Shown: positions 42,743 to 53,497 of the stretch, piece after piece
Layout: each line of letters begins with the position of its first letter
How positions within the stretch are numbered: the stretch's first letter is position 1
Assembly: GCA_963788195.1 (NCBI GenBank)
Contig: CAWBGA010000002.1
Location: 352,001 to 416,000 of the forward strand
DNA from: Nitrospirota bacterium
GTDB lineage: Bacteria > Nitrospirota > Nitrospiria > Nitrospirales > NS-4
DNA: 64,000 bases
Reading direction: 5' to 3'
Notes under the pieces: model-generated
Told to the model about the DNA's origin: nothing
The model's input: only the letters and a program-made list of their open reading frames with translations
Databases searched by the model: none
Made by a program: the position numbers and the translations under genes

Positions 42743-44536
42743 ATGGCCTTCGAATATGGCTCGATTGATCTCGGAATCCGCAATCCCTTCAAGGTGGAGG
42801 GCATGATTCGCGCTATACAAGGCCTAATAGTCGTGGGGCTAGGCGCAAGCGCATTATTTCAGGTGAAACATCTCACACTTGTTGGAGGAACGGTTGTGGC
42901 ACTGCCGGCGTTGGCCGTTGGAGCGGTGCTGATCTTTATTGGTGGTTACTTTCTCGGTGGGGGCCTTCTGAATATGCTCAGGTTTTTTGTCGGGCGCGGC
43001 GTACCCACAAGCCTCGCAGACAATGGGGCTAAGAGCGAGGCTCATATGAGGGAACACGTCAAGTATGATGGCCAAAAATTAGCGCAGATGCTGCAAGGGC
43101 GCAAGATCCTCATCGAGATCGATCCGGGGGCGAATCCGTTATCTCGTTTGGTCTGTACGCTTGCGGAGTCTGTGCTCTACCTGCCGGAGAAATATTACAA
43201 CACGGCGATGATCGTTGCGCAGGCCTTGGTGCAATCACTCGCAGTGGCGGTGCTATTTGCATTTGCGGGGTTTCTTGGCTATACGGGCTTAGTTCCTGTC
43301 ATGTCCGGACCTGTCTTGGGATGGACCGGCGTAGTCATGGTGCTATATCTTCTCCGGCTTTGGTTGAAGGCAAGAATAATCCCGCCGCGAATAGTCGAGA
43401 TTGGTTGGAAATGGGCAGTTTGGCCGCTTGGCTTGACCGGGGTCACTTATGCGGGACTCTTATGGGCATCCTTCAATTCAGTTTCATTGAGCCCCGTGCC
43501 TCCCACCGTATGGGTGATGCTGGGCGGCATTGCCCTACTCGGAGTAGTGACAATGGGCCTGGTCATCGCACAGATCCGAGCCCGGGCTCAGATGACAACG
43601 CCTGAGACCGAAGTCTCGGAGTACCGGACGAATTGGCAAGAATCCATCCATCCAGCCGAGGTGTTTATCAACTTTGAAAGCATTGTCATGGCAAACCGTC
43701 GCTATAAGGAAATGCCTAATCGGGTGTATCGTGCTTTTGACCCGAGCTTGCTTGAACAAGGAAGCGCCAAAGGAGGTTTCGACGGGGAAACCATTCAGGA
43801 AACTCAACCGGTGTGTCGAATGGTCGAGGCGCATCCGGCATATCAATGGATTCGGATTGGGGCATCAGCAGTGGGGCATGGGTTGATCGTTCTGGCCGCT
43901 GTCCTCGTCTATGCTGGTCTTGGGATTGTGAGCACCGCTAGCGGTAGATTAGCAGGAGCTTCGTACTGGGCAGAGTTGTTGCCGTTTTTCGCGGGCGGTT
44001 TCATATTGTATGCATTCGGTCGGACTATTACTGAACACGCAAGGTGGTTTTGGAGCGAGGTGCAATTTGAATCCTTGCTCATCTACTTCCAGTGCCGGGG
44101 GACCTATACCGAGTCCCGACTGACGACCGGCAAGAGCGTGTATGACAGCACGCAGTCGGACAACCTGGTTTACCGCTCCAGTCTCACACCGTGGGTGGTG
44201 GCGACCCGCGTGGTGACCTCCTGGTTTGCCTCTAGCGCTAAGGGGATAGAGCCACGATATGTGTTGGAGATGCACAAAGCAGACGCCGATCTGAATGCTA
44301 TCATGGCTGAGTTGAAGCAATTCATCACTGCCCGCGCTGGCTTGACCGCCTTAGAAACCGAAAGGGACGTGGCTGCGGTAGCGCAAATTGCCGAGATTAA
44401 CCGACAAACTCGCATTGCCACCGCCGCGTCCATTCCACAACCAGTTGCTACCTCACCGCTGGAACACACGCAGGGCTCTCCTCTCGCAGTTGGATCCCCG
44501 GCCAGTTTAGAGAGGCCACAGATTGGAAGTCAGTAA
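42743..44536 (+). CDS. Polytopic membrane hypothetical protein (597 aa)
   Basis: AAGGAG RBS; intact long ORF with about 8 hydrophobic segments. Confidence 0.85.
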   Translation: MAFEYGSIDLGIRNPFKVEGMIRAIQGLIVVGLGASALFQVKHLTLVGGTVVALPALAVGAVLIFIGGYFLGGGLLNMLRFFVGRGVPTSLADNGAKSEAHMREHVKYDGQKLAQMLQGRKILIEIDPGANPLSRLVCTLAESVLYLPEKYYNTAMIVAQALVQSLAVAVLFAFAGFLGYTGLVPVMSGPVLGWTGVVMVLYLLRLWLKARIIPPRIVEIGWKWAVWPLGLTGVTYAGLLWASFNSVSLSPVPPTVWVMLGGIALLGVVTMGLVIAQIRARAQMTTPETEVSEYRTNWQESIHPAEVFINFESIVMANRRYKEMPNRVYRAFDPSLLEQGSAKGGFDGETIQETQPVCRMVEAHPAYQWIRIGASAVGHGLIVLAAVLVYAGLGIVSTASGRLAGASYWAELLPFFAGGFILYAFGRTITEHARWFWSEVQFESLLIYFQCRGTYTESRLTTGKSVYDSTQSDNLVYRSSLTPWVVATRVVTSWFASSAKGIEPRYVLEMHKADADLNAIMAELKQFITARAGLTALETERDVAAVAQIAEINRQTRIATAASIPQPVATSPLEHTQGSPLAVGSPASLERPQIGSQ

Positions 44537-44930
44537 AGGAGCCCGTTCAACGTCCTAGCTCCGAATGAAATTGTCGGGGCTGTCCCGGTTCGGCTCCCCA
44601 CAGTGAAAGTGGACGCCGCGTCGAAGGCCGCTATCTCCTTCCTCTGGTTACGGCGAGAGTCCGACAGTGTCCTCTGTGCAAGAGCGGTCATGTCTGTGAC
44701 GTGATCGAAGGCGTGATCGGCATCCCCTCGTTCCTCATAATGGCGATCGGCATTTTAGTTACTGTTTTCTCTATTGCCAAATATTTCAAGTTCCTATAAT
44801 TTCCCGCAGCATGCTCGCCGATCGGCCGGCATGGAATAGAGTACCTGCGAAAGATGGCCAGAGGGGTATAAGAAGGAACCCTCTCACAAGGCTTGTTGCT
44901 TTGGTAGGATTCGTGAGCTATTTGATTTAT

Positions 44931-45007
<77 letters not shown>

Positions 45008-45080
45008 ATGGCGCTAGACTAATACCGCCGCCGACGAAGTGTCAATTGACGCTCAGGTGGACGAAATTGTGAGAATGCCC

Positions 45081-45944
45081 ATGTCCAAGGAAAGACAGCC
45101 GGGCTTCGGAGGCCTTCGAATCGTTGCCTTTGAGAGCCGACGGGCAACGGAAATGGCGGCTCTGATCGAACGCGCCGGCGGACTGCCACGTGTTGCGGTG
45201 TCGATGCGTGAGGTCCCGCTTTTGCGCAATACGGCCGTATTGGATTTCGGCGCGCGGTTGACTGCCGGAGAAATTCAAATGGTCATCTTCCTCACCGGAG
45301 TCGGGACGCGGTTTATGTTAGAGATTTTGGATTCCCGATGGCCTCGCAAAGATATTCTTGGCGCATTGACGCAAATGATTTTGGTCGCGCGCGGGCCCAA
45401 ACCGCTAGCAGTTCTTCGTGAGATGGGCCTTAACGTCGTCGTCGCGGTGCCGGAGCCAAACACCTGGAGGGATGTGCTGGACGCGATTGATACACTCAAG
45501 CCCTCGCTTATCGGACTGACGATTGCCGTCCAGGAATACGGGATTTCCAACCCGGCCTTGCTCGAAGGCTTGCGGGAGCGTGGCGGCAAGGTCGTACCCG
45601 TTCCTGTCTACCGGTGGGAACTACCGGAAGATACGCAACCGCTCAAACACGCGGTGCAGGCGATCATTGACGGTGAAGCCGACGTCGTCTTGTTTACAAA
45701 CGCCGCGCAAGCCGATCACCTGCTCCAAATCGCTGAAACTCTAGGGGTAGCCGAAAAACTCCGCCGGGCGCTGAACAATACTGTGGTGGCATCAGTCGGC
45801 CCCACCGCCGCCGGGCATCTTCGAGACTGCGGTCTCCCGGTAGATTTTGAGCCCTCTCAGTCTAAAATGGGCGTCCTTGTCAAAGAGACCAGCGCGCGCG
45901 CCGCAGAGTTACTCCGTCAAAAACGAGCAGGCGCGGTTTCGTAA
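45081..45944 (+). CDS. hemD: Uroporphyrinogen-III synthase
   Basis: FESRR..EM, FLTGVG, ARGPKP, VAVQEYG-like, VYRW, FTNAAQ, ASVGP. Confidence 0.88.
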   Translation: MSKERQPGFGGLRIVAFESRRATEMAALIERAGGLPRVAVSMREVPLLRNTAVLDFGARLTAGEIQMVIFLTGVGTRFMLEILDSRWPRKDILGALTQMILVARGPKPLAVLREMGLNVVVAVPEPNTWRDVLDAIDTLKPSLIGLTIAVQEYGISNPALLEGLRERGGKVVPVPVYRWELPEDTQPLKHAVQAIIDGEADVVLFTNAAQADHLLQIAETLGVAEKLRRALNNTVVASVGPTAAGHLRDCGLPVDFEPSQSKMGVLVKETSARAAELLRQKRAGAVS

Positions 45945-45994
45945 AGTCCTTCCTTCCAGGTAATTCTGGACGAGCCGGGACAGGAATGCTAAAT

Positions 45995-46008
45995 TAAGTG
46001 ACCACTTA
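45995..46008. promoter_or_regulatory. Palindromic operator, likely for the adjacent TetR
   Basis: TAAGTG-AC-CACTTA immediately before the TetR start. Confidence 0.6.
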
Positions 46009-46015
46009 CTCACCA

Positions 46016-46714
46016 ATGATGGCGATGACACGGACCATAGCCGGAAACGGAACGAGGACCTCGGCAAGACAACGCCACGCCAGCATTATTTCTGCGGCGA
46101 CCGCCCTGTTCGCGGCCAAGGGTTTTAACGGGACGACCACGAAAGAGATTGCGCAAACGGCGGGTATCAGTGAAGCTCTGGTCTTTAAGCATTTCCCGAC
46201 GAAACGCGCCTTATATGCCGCGATCCTGGCGGAGAAAGTCCAACTCTCGCAACTAATGGACACCGTCGAGGCTGCCGCTGAGAAACGCGATGACGCCCGG
46301 GTGTTCACCTTGATCGCGAGCTTTCGCATACACCGTGCCGCCGATCCGACCTTACTGCGGCTGCTGCTGTTCAGCGCCTTGGAGGGCCACCAGCTTTCCG
46401 ACATGTTCTTTCGGAACCGCCACAGGGTGTTCTACGAATACCTAGCCGGCTACATTCGTGGTCGGTGCCAAGAGGGGGCGTTCCAGTGCGTAGACCCGCT
46501 GCTCGCAGCCCAGGCGTTCATCGGTATGATCGTCTATCATCGGATCCTCCACGAAATTTTTAAAGTGCCGTTGCATTGCACTCCCGAAGAGGCAGTTGAC
46601 GCCTACGTCGCGGTGTTTCTTTCCGGGTTACGCGCACGACCGGGCGGCCGGCGGCGGCAGAACCTTCGAAGGATGGGCACAAACCATAGCCGATTGAGGC
46701 GCCGGCGATCATGA
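46016..46714 (+). CDS. TetR/AcrR-family regulator
   Basis: AATALFAAKGFNGTTTKEIAQTAGISEALVFKHFPTK. Confidence 0.95.
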   Translation: MMAMTRTIAGNGTRTSARQRHASIISAATALFAAKGFNGTTTKEIAQTAGISEALVFKHFPTKRALYAAILAEKVQLSQLMDTVEAAAEKRDDARVFTLIASFRIHRAADPTLLRLLLFSALEGHQLSDMFFRNRHRVFYEYLAGYIRGRCQEGAFQCVDPLLAAQAFIGMIVYHRILHEIFKVPLHCTPEEAVDAYVAVFLSGLRARPGGRRRQNLRRMGTNHSRLRRRRS

Positions 46715-47928
46715 AACGGATCCGGCAGCATCCACTGCTCACGATGACCGTCCTTGTCCTGCTGACGCTTCTCGCGTTGGTGGCATTTCGTCTGGTCGGC
46801 AACGCCGGCAAAAAGGACGTGCGCAAGGATCGGGTCATCACGGTCGGCACGATAACGCCGGTCCGCAGCGATCTTGAAGTTCGCCTGGCTTACACTGCGG
46901 ACGTGCAGCCCTACCAGCAGGTCAATATCTTTTCGCGAGTGGACGGTTATATCTCGAAGATTCACGTGGATCGAGGCGATTTCGTGAAACCAAACCAATT
47001 GCTGGTCGAAATCGATCACACAGACTATGTCCACGCGGTCAATCGGGCAAAAGCGAACCTGGCCGTTGCGCGTGCGGATGTTTCGCGCCAAGAGGCATCG
47101 ATCAGGATCGCGCGGCTCAGCCTGGATCGGATGGGAACCTTGCTGAAGGACCAGTTTGTCTCGCAGCACGACGTGGACAGTGCCCAGGCGACATATGACA
47201 CGGCCCTGGCTCAAATGGACTCGCAGCGGGCGCAGGTCAGGCAGATGGAGGTTGCGCTTCAGCAAGCCGAGACGAATCTCACCTATTCCTATATCCGGGC
47301 TCCCTTCGCGGGGTACGTGGCGGTCCGCAACCTGGACGTAGGCGCCTATGTCACCGGCTCGACCGCCAGCACCTCCACGCTGAGCCGCGGCATCCTTATC
47401 CTTCATGATATCGATCGGGTCCGGGTCCTCCTGGATGTAGTGGAAAAAGACGTCCCATTCGTCAAGATCGGGCAGCCCGCTGAGCTTCGCGGCGATGCCT
47501 ATCCCGACAAAATCTTTCAGGGTGAGCTCAGCCGCATCGTGCAAGGATTGGATCGCAACACACGCACCATGACGGTTGAAATCAACATTCCCAATCCCGA
47601 TCGCTTACTCAAGGCCGGGATGTTCGCCCGGGTGGAATTGAAGATAGGGGTCCATCCTAATGCGATCCAGGTGCCGATTGATGCGGTGACGCGACTGGAA
47701 ATGGATCAGTATGTCTATACGATCCAGGACGGGAAAGCCCGCAAGGTTCCGGTCGTGCTCGGCGTGCGAGACAACCAGCTTGTGGAGATCACGCAGGGAC
47801 TGAACGGCAATGAGGTGGTGATTGTGCAGGGGAAGGATCTGGTGACAGACGGCGTTGCGGTAAAGGGGCCCCCGGTGAGTGTCCCTTCCGGCACAAAGCC
47901 CCAGACAGGCGCGGAGGGGAAAAGCTAA
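46711..47928 (+). CDS. RND efflux periplasmic adaptor (MFP)
   Basis: N-terminal TM, lipoyl halves, alpha-hairpin, IRAPFAG, LKAGMFA. Confidence 0.95.
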   Translation: MKRIRQHPLLTMTVLVLLTLLALVAFRLVGNAGKKDVRKDRVITVGTITPVRSDLEVRLAYTADVQPYQQVNIFSRVDGYISKIHVDRGDFVKPNQLLVEIDHTDYVHAVNRAKANLAVARADVSRQEASIRIARLSLDRMGTLLKDQFVSQHDVDSAQATYDTALAQMDSQRAQVRQMEVALQQAETNLTYSYIRAPFAGYVAVRNLDVGAYVTGSTASTSTLSRGILILHDIDRVRVLLDVVEKDVPFVKIGQPAELRGDAYPDKIFQGELSRIVQGLDRNTRTMTVEINIPNPDRLLKAGMFARVELKIGVHPNAIQVPIDAVTRLEMDQYVYTIQDGKARKVPVVLGVRDNQLVEITQGLNGNEVVIVQGKDLVTDGVAVKGPPVSVPSGTKPQTGAEGKS

Positions 47929-47931
47929 CGT

Positions 47932-50900
47932 ATGTGGCTGACCCTTCTTGCACTCCGCAACCGTATCGGTATCTTGATGCTTGCCTTAGCGATGGTCGTG
48001 TTGGGCGCCACCTCGCTCGCGCGACTGCCGGTGGATCTATTCCCTCAGATCCAGGTCCCGGTTGTCTTCGTCGGCGTGATCTATAAGGGCGCGCCGCCGA
48101 TCGACATCGAGCAGAGTGTGATCTATCCCCTCGAGAAAGCCGTCAGTTCTGCGTCGAATGTCGATCACGTCGAGTCTTGGGCAAAGCAGGGTATCGGCGG
48201 CATCATGGTTTACTTGAATTGGGGCGCGGATATCAATGTCGGCCAGATGGAGGTGATGCAGCGGGTCACGCAGATCCTCAATCAATTGCCGCCTGGAATC
48301 TCCCAGCCGTTCGTGTTTAAGTTCGACGTGTCCAACATCCCCGTGGCGTTCGTCACGGTTGCCGGTGGCAATCTCGATGAACGGGCTTTGTACGATCTCG
48401 CTTACCACACGATCGCGCCGCAAATCGAGCAATTGCCGAGCGTGGCGGCTGCGACAGTTGAGGGCGGCCGCATCCGTCAGATCAATATCAATCTGGACCC
48501 CACCCTGTTGCAGGCGCGATCCCTGTCCATTTTGGATGTTGTGAACGCGGTCAAAGCATCCAACCTGATTCTGCCGTCGGGCGACATCAAGGCAGGGAAT
48601 CTCGATTATAACGTCTTTACCAACACCCAGTTTAAGACCGTGGAGCCGATCAATGATGTGATCGTCAAGGTCACGCCGGAAGGAAATCAGGTGCGGGTGC
48701 GGGATTTGGGAACCGTGACGGACTCCTCGGACATCCAAACCAACATCGTCCGGACGGACGGAGAGCGGTCGGTCTATCTGCGGGTCAATAAGCAGCCGGT
48801 CGCGAATACCGTTCAGGTCGTCGATGCGCTCAGACAGGCGCTGCCGAATATGATCGGCGTTCCATCGGGTGTGAAGCTCGGCGTCTCGTTCGATCAGTCG
48901 GTCTACATCCGGCAGTCGATCCGAAATCTAATGGAACAGGCTCTCCATGGCTCATTGCTGGCAGCCGCCGTCATTCTCCTGTTCCTCAGGAACCTGACCA
49001 GCACCTTGATCATCTCCGTCGCAATCCCCCTCTCGATTATGGTGACCTTCATCCTGCTGTACTTCACCGGTCAGACCCTCAATGTCTTCACACTTGGGGG
49101 TCTCGCGCTCGGCATCGGCCGGCTGGTTGACGACTCAATCGTGGAGCTTGAGAACATTCAGCGGCATCTCAACACCGGGCAGTCCAGATGGGAAGCGGTT
49201 CTCGAGGCGGCGCGCGAAGTGGCAATGCCGATCCTGGCGTCAACGGTGACGACCGTGGTGGTGTTCCTGCCCATCTTTTTTGTTGTGGGCATCGCGAGGT
49301 TGCTGTTTATTCCGCTGGTCCTGACGATCGCCATCTCCTTGTTTACTTCCTTTTTCATCTCCCGGACGGTAACGCCGGCGCTTTGCTACAAGTTTCTTAA
49401 GCCCGAACACGATGCCCATCGCGGGATGCCGGATTGGTGGGTGAAGCTGATGACCTGGAGCCGTACCCGCTTCGAAGCATTGGACGCCGGATACCAGCGG
49501 ACTTTAGCCTGGGTGCTTGCCCAGCGCCAGGCCGTCATGACCTCTGTCCTACTGATGTTTCCCGCCGTGTTGCTGGGACTGCTCGTCATGCTGTCCGTAA
49601 ATGTCGCCGTCGGTCTGATGGTGATGGCGGGAGCGATGGCTCTCAGCGGTTTGTATATCATGTTGTTCCGCAATCCCGTGATCGGGGGCGTGGTGGTGGT
49701 CATCGCTGGCTCCATCGCGCTGATTCCGCTCATCGGCACGGAGTTCATCCCTCTTACCGACGAAAGCCAGTTCCGCATTGTTTTGCGCGCCTCAGTCGGC
49801 CAACGGGTCGAGAAGACCGAACAGCAGACCGCGGAAATTGAACGAGTGATCCGCGAGAATGTCCACCCAAACGAGTTGGACACGATTGTCTCCAGCGTCG
49901 GCGTGTTGCAACAGGGCCGCTCATCGCTGTTCAATCCAAATACGGGACCCCATGCCGCGCTCGTCCAGGTATATCTCAGTCCACCCGAAAGGCGCCGCCG
50001 ATCGCAGGAGCAGATTCTCGACGCGGTCCGGCCGCACCTGCTGAAGCTGTTTGCCGGTGTCAAGATGATTCCGGACCCGGGGGGCATCGTCAAGCGCATC
50101 GTGAGTTTCGGCTCATCGGCGCCCGTGGATGTCGAGATCTACGGCTATGATCTCGAGAAAGCACGCGAGGTCGTACGGCAGGTAGAAGAGATCATGCACA
50201 AGACTCCCGGGCTTGCCGACATCCTTCCGAGCCGGGAGGAGAATTACCCCGAGGTGAATATTACGGTGGATCGCGAAAAGGCCGGTCTGCTCGGCATCAA
50301 CGAGCGGGACGTGGCCACCTCCGTCCTGTATTCGCTTAACGGAAATGGTCAGACCGATCCGATCATCTATACGGACCCCGAAAACGGCAATGAGTATTTC
50401 ATCAGCGCATGGCTCGCGGAGCAATACCGGAAAGACCTCAAGGATCTGGAAAACATTCTGCTGACGACGCCGGGCAAGAGCCCGGTGCTTCTCAAATCCG
50501 TGGCCACCCTAAAGCTGAACTCGGGACCGGTCCGCATCGAGCGTAAGTACTTTCAGCGGGTGGTGCATGTTACGGCCAATCCAGTCGGCCGCGACCTGGG
50601 CGCCATCGCCGCGGATCTCGAAAGCCGCTTCGCTGAGCTTCGCCTCCCGGAAGGCTTTAGTGTGCGCCTTGCCGGTCAGATCCAGCAGCAACGAGAAACC
50701 TTCAAGGGACTGCTTTTCGCGTCAGTCCTGGCCCTGGTGCTCGTCTACATGGTGATGGCGGCGCAGTTCAAGTCGCTGATGGATCCCTTCATCATCATGT
50801 TTTCCATCCCCCTGGGGTTCCCCGGTGTCATTGTCATACTATTCCTCACCGGCACGACGCTATCAACTACATCCTTCATGGGCGTCATCATGATGCTCGG

Positions 50901-51264
50901 GATCGTCGTCTCAAATGGTGTGCTGCTGGTGGATTATACGAATGTCCTGAGACGTCGCGGGGCGGAGTTGCATCAGGCGGTTGTCCAGGCGGCCAGAACC
51001 CGACTCCGCCCTATTCTGATGACATCCCTGGCGACCGTCTTCGGTCTCCTGCCGATGGCGCTGGGATTCGGTACCGGCGGCGAGACCAATGCTCCGCTGG
51101 CGCGGGCTGTCATCGGGGGTCTCAGCGTCTCGACGGCGCTTACGCTGTTCCTGGTGCCGACGCTGTACACGTTGCTGGAAGAGCGTTTTCCTCGAAAGGC
51201 CGAGGCCGCGCAAGCGGAACGCTATATTCCGACCGTGCCGGTCTCAGAAGAGCCGGTCACCTAG
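47932..51264 (+). CDS. RND efflux permease (AcrB/AcrD/AcrF family)
   Basis: LVDDSIV..ENI, GIVVSNGVLLVD, RLRPILMT. Confidence 0.97.
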   Translation: MWLTLLALRNRIGILMLALAMVVLGATSLARLPVDLFPQIQVPVVFVGVIYKGAPPIDIEQSVIYPLEKAVSSASNVDHVESWAKQGIGGIMVYLNWGADINVGQMEVMQRVTQILNQLPPGISQPFVFKFDVSNIPVAFVTVAGGNLDERALYDLAYHTIAPQIEQLPSVAAATVEGGRIRQININLDPTLLQARSLSILDVVNAVKASNLILPSGDIKAGNLDYNVFTNTQFKTVEPINDVIVKVTPEGNQVRVRDLGTVTDSSDIQTNIVRTDGERSVYLRVNKQPVANTVQVVDALRQALPNMIGVPSGVKLGVSFDQSVYIRQSIRNLMEQALHGSLLAAAVILLFLRNLTSTLIISVAIPLSIMVTFILLYFTGQTLNVFTLGGLALGIGRLVDDSIVELENIQRHLNTGQSRWEAVLEAAREVAMPILASTVTTVVVFLPIFFVVGIARLLFIPLVLTIAISLFTSFFISRTVTPALCYKFLKPEHDAHRGMPDWWVKLMTWSRTRFEALDAGYQRTLAWVLAQRQAVMTSVLLMFPAVLLGLLVMLSVNVAVGLMVMAGAMALSGLYIMLFRNPVIGGVVVVIAGSIALIPLIGTEFIPLTDESQFRIVLRASVGQRVEKTEQQTAEIERVIRENVHPNELDTIVSSVGVLQQGRSSLFNPNTGPHAALVQVYLSPPERRRRSQEQILDAVRPHLLKLFAGVKMIPDPGGIVKRIVSFGSSAPVDVEIYGYDLEKAREVVRQVEEIMHKTPGLADILPSREENYPEVNITVDREKAGLLGINERDVATSVLYSLNGNGQTDPIIYTDPENGNEYFISAWLAEQYRKDLKDLENILLTTPGKSPVLLKSVATLKLNSGPVRIERKYFQRVVHVTANPVGRDLGAIAADLESRFAELRLPEGFSVRLAGQIQQQRETFKGLLFASVLALVLVYMVMAAQFKSLMDPFIIMFSIPLGFPGVIVILFLTGTTLSTTSFMGVIMMLGIVVSNGVLLVDYTNVLRRRGAELHQAVVQAARTRLRPILMTSLATVFGLLPMALGFGTGGETNAPLARAVIGGLSVSTALTLFLVPTLYTLLEERFPRKAEAAQAERYIPTVPVSEEPVT

Positions 51265-51359
51265 TCGCCTCTATCTATTGGCTGTTCGCCTTAATTCCCT
51301 GAACTCCTGCCCTGTGCTGGCAATTCTCCCGTCGACTTTTGTCATGCAAGCCTGAATAG

Positions 51360-51947
51360 GTGTATATTACTAGGCGAATGAAAGCCTTTGACTCGGTCAA
51401 ATCCGTCATCGAAACTGTGCAGGCTACCGCGGACACGCCGTGGAAGATTGTGCCGTTGTGGCAACTGTGTGTGACGTCCTTGGGTTTCGGCGGTCTGATA
51501 TATTTCCTAAGAACCGCCGAAGACGGTTGGATCTTCATTGACCACGCCAATCTCGTATTTCACGAGGCCGGACATCCGATCTTTGGGCTTTTGGGCTCCA
51601 CGATGGGATTATATGGCGGCACGCTCGGACAGCTTGTGTTTCCGCTTGTCGCGCTAGTGTCCTTCTGGACTCAGAGGGAAACTGTGGGATTCGCTGTGGC
51701 GGGTGCCTGGCTGTTTGAAAATTTCTTCAACATTGCCCGGTACATGGCGGACGCGCGCGAGCAAATACTTCCATTGGTGGGCGGTGGTGAACATGACTGG
51801 ACGAATATCTTCAGCCGATGGGGTGTGCTTTCGTCGGACACGCTCATTGCCGGGCGGGTGGCCGGCGCGGGCTGGGTCGGACTTCTCGCCATGTGGATTT
51901 GGCTTGTCTGGCGATGGAGGAGCGGGAGAGTTTGTCCCGTAGGCTAA
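51360..51947 (+). CDS. Membrane protein with HExxH motif (possible metallopeptidase)
   Basis: FHEAGH, GGTLGQL, Y.ADA, HDW. Confidence 0.75.
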   Translation: MYITRRMKAFDSVKSVIETVQATADTPWKIVPLWQLCVTSLGFGGLIYFLRTAEDGWIFIDHANLVFHEAGHPIFGLLGSTMGLYGGTLGQLVFPLVALVSFWTQRETVGFAVAGAWLFENFFNIARYMADAREQILPLVGGGEHDWTNIFSRWGVLSSDTLIAGRVAGAGWVGLLAMWIWLVWRWRSGRVCPVG

Positions 51948-52636
51948 TTCAGCCCGTAGGCTTTTGAGATGTTGGCCTTCCACCGATCCATATAGGCTGG
52001 AAACTCAAGGGCCGGCCCTTTTTTTTGGATGTGCACCAGAGGGTACTCCTCGTCGCTCAACGCTCTTTCCCGATGAAGCCGGTCCACGAGTGATGGCCCT
52101 CCCGCCTGGAGACCTTCCGGAGGGCGGTCGAAAACTCCGTTCTGCAACACGCGCGCAATTTCATCCTGGGTTTCATTGGACACGAGGAGCATCAGGTAGG
52201 CCGCATACCATGCAGCCAGATGCTCCCGCCGAGTGTCAGGGGTAATATCGCGGTCGGGCCAGTAATGCGATGCGTTAAAATAGCGTTCAGCGATGTCGGT
52301 GAAGAAAGGGGGCACCAGACGGACATCCAGGTACTGACCGTCCTGATTTTCAATCAAAATCGACCGTGAGATAATGTCCAGGGCCCACAGCGAATCCGCC
52401 GACATCGGACTCAGCGGCGAATCAAGTTTCTCCATGAGACGTTCATTAGAGAGAATCTGGCGGGTGAGGGATTCATAGAGATAAAGAGCATACGGCGGCG
52501 AAAGGTGCTTTGCGACGGAGATGAGCGCAGACTCCGCAGCGGCCGGTGAGCTGGGCGGTGTAGCGGTGGCGGTCCAGCATGGCACGGCCGATCCAATCAA
52601 TATTAGCGTCAGGAGAACAGTGGCACCCGGCTTCAT
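51944..52636 (-). CDS. Exported hypothetical protein
   Basis: Signal-peptide-like N-terminus; 4-nt overlap with upstream gene. Confidence 0.65.
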   Translation of the reverse strand: MKPGATVLLTLILIGSAVPCWTATATPPSSPAAAESALISVAKHLSPPYALYLYESLTRQILSNERLMEKLDSPLSPMSADSLWALDIISRSILIENQDGQYLDVRLVPPFFTDIAERYFNASHYWPDRDITPDTRREHLAAWYAAYLMLLVSNETQDEIARVLQNGVFDRPPEGLQAGGPSLVDRLHRERALSDEEYPLVHIQKKGPALEFPAYMDRWKANISKAYGLN

Positions 52637-53016
52637 GACGAGGATTCTTTCTTATGGTTTTGAGCGCGGGTCTCCCCGCTGCCGGCCTTGTCCGCAAATA
52701 GTTCCGGCCGGTCGCGGCGCATGCTGCCGAAGAAATAGCAATCCTCACGCACTGTGTGCGATTCCGTCACCAGCACTGCGTCCGATAATTCGTGGGTGAT
52801 GTGATCCACGATCAAATCCATATTAGACCCACCATCTACATTATACCGCCAAATCGAGGCTCCAGTCGCTTCGTCCCGAGTCTCTTCGAGCAGGTGCCAC
52901 TGCTGGCTACAGGCCGTCGCGCGTTGGACAATGGCGGGGAATGTATTGATGGCCCAACTTTGATGGTCACTCAGAGCCTTGGAGAGGGAAAACACGACGC
53001 TTCTACATGAAGCCAT
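52633..53016 (-). CDS. Hypothetical protein
   Basis: ORF translationally coupled to 51944..52636. Confidence 0.5.
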   Translation of the reverse strand: MASCRSVVFSLSKALSDHQSWAINTFPAIVQRATACSQQWHLLEETRDEATGASIWRYNVDGGSNMDLIVDHITHELSDAVLVTESHTVREDCYFFGSMRRDRPELFADKAGSGETRAQNHKKESSS

Positions 53017-53147
53017 GAATTGAGATTAACTGGTGATTGCCGAGCGGGTCAACGGTGAATGCTCTGCATAATTGACCCCGCGCGGCCGTGAGAGGTAGCC
53101 TTAGCAGTACATGGCTAATTCATGGATATTCTAGAAAGGAAGATTCA

Positions 53148-53457
53148 ATGCCGAGCTATATAAAGGTTGCGTCGGTCTCACAGATAGCCCCGGGGACCGG
53201 CATGGTCGCGAACTGTCAACGACAAGGAGGTGGCGGTCTTCAACGTCGACGGCACTTTTTATGCGATCGAGAACATCTGTAAACATCGAGGCGGGCCGTT
53301 GGGCGAGGGAGAATTAGAGGGAGAGACGGTGACCTGTCCCTGGCATGCATGGCAATACAACGTCAAGAATGGAAGCTGCCTCACGAAGGAAGGGATCAAA
53401 ATGGACACGTACGAAGTTCAAGTGGAGGGCGACGACGTTAAGATCGCCATACCTTGA
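53148..53457 (+). CDS. Rieske-type ferredoxin (frameshift near 53215)
   Basis: CKHRGGPL...CPWH; MPSYIKVA start with AAGGA RBS. Confidence 0.92.
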
Positions 53458-53497
53458 AAACGCATGAAGATTCGCCAGCATGTCGGCGAACAGGATT

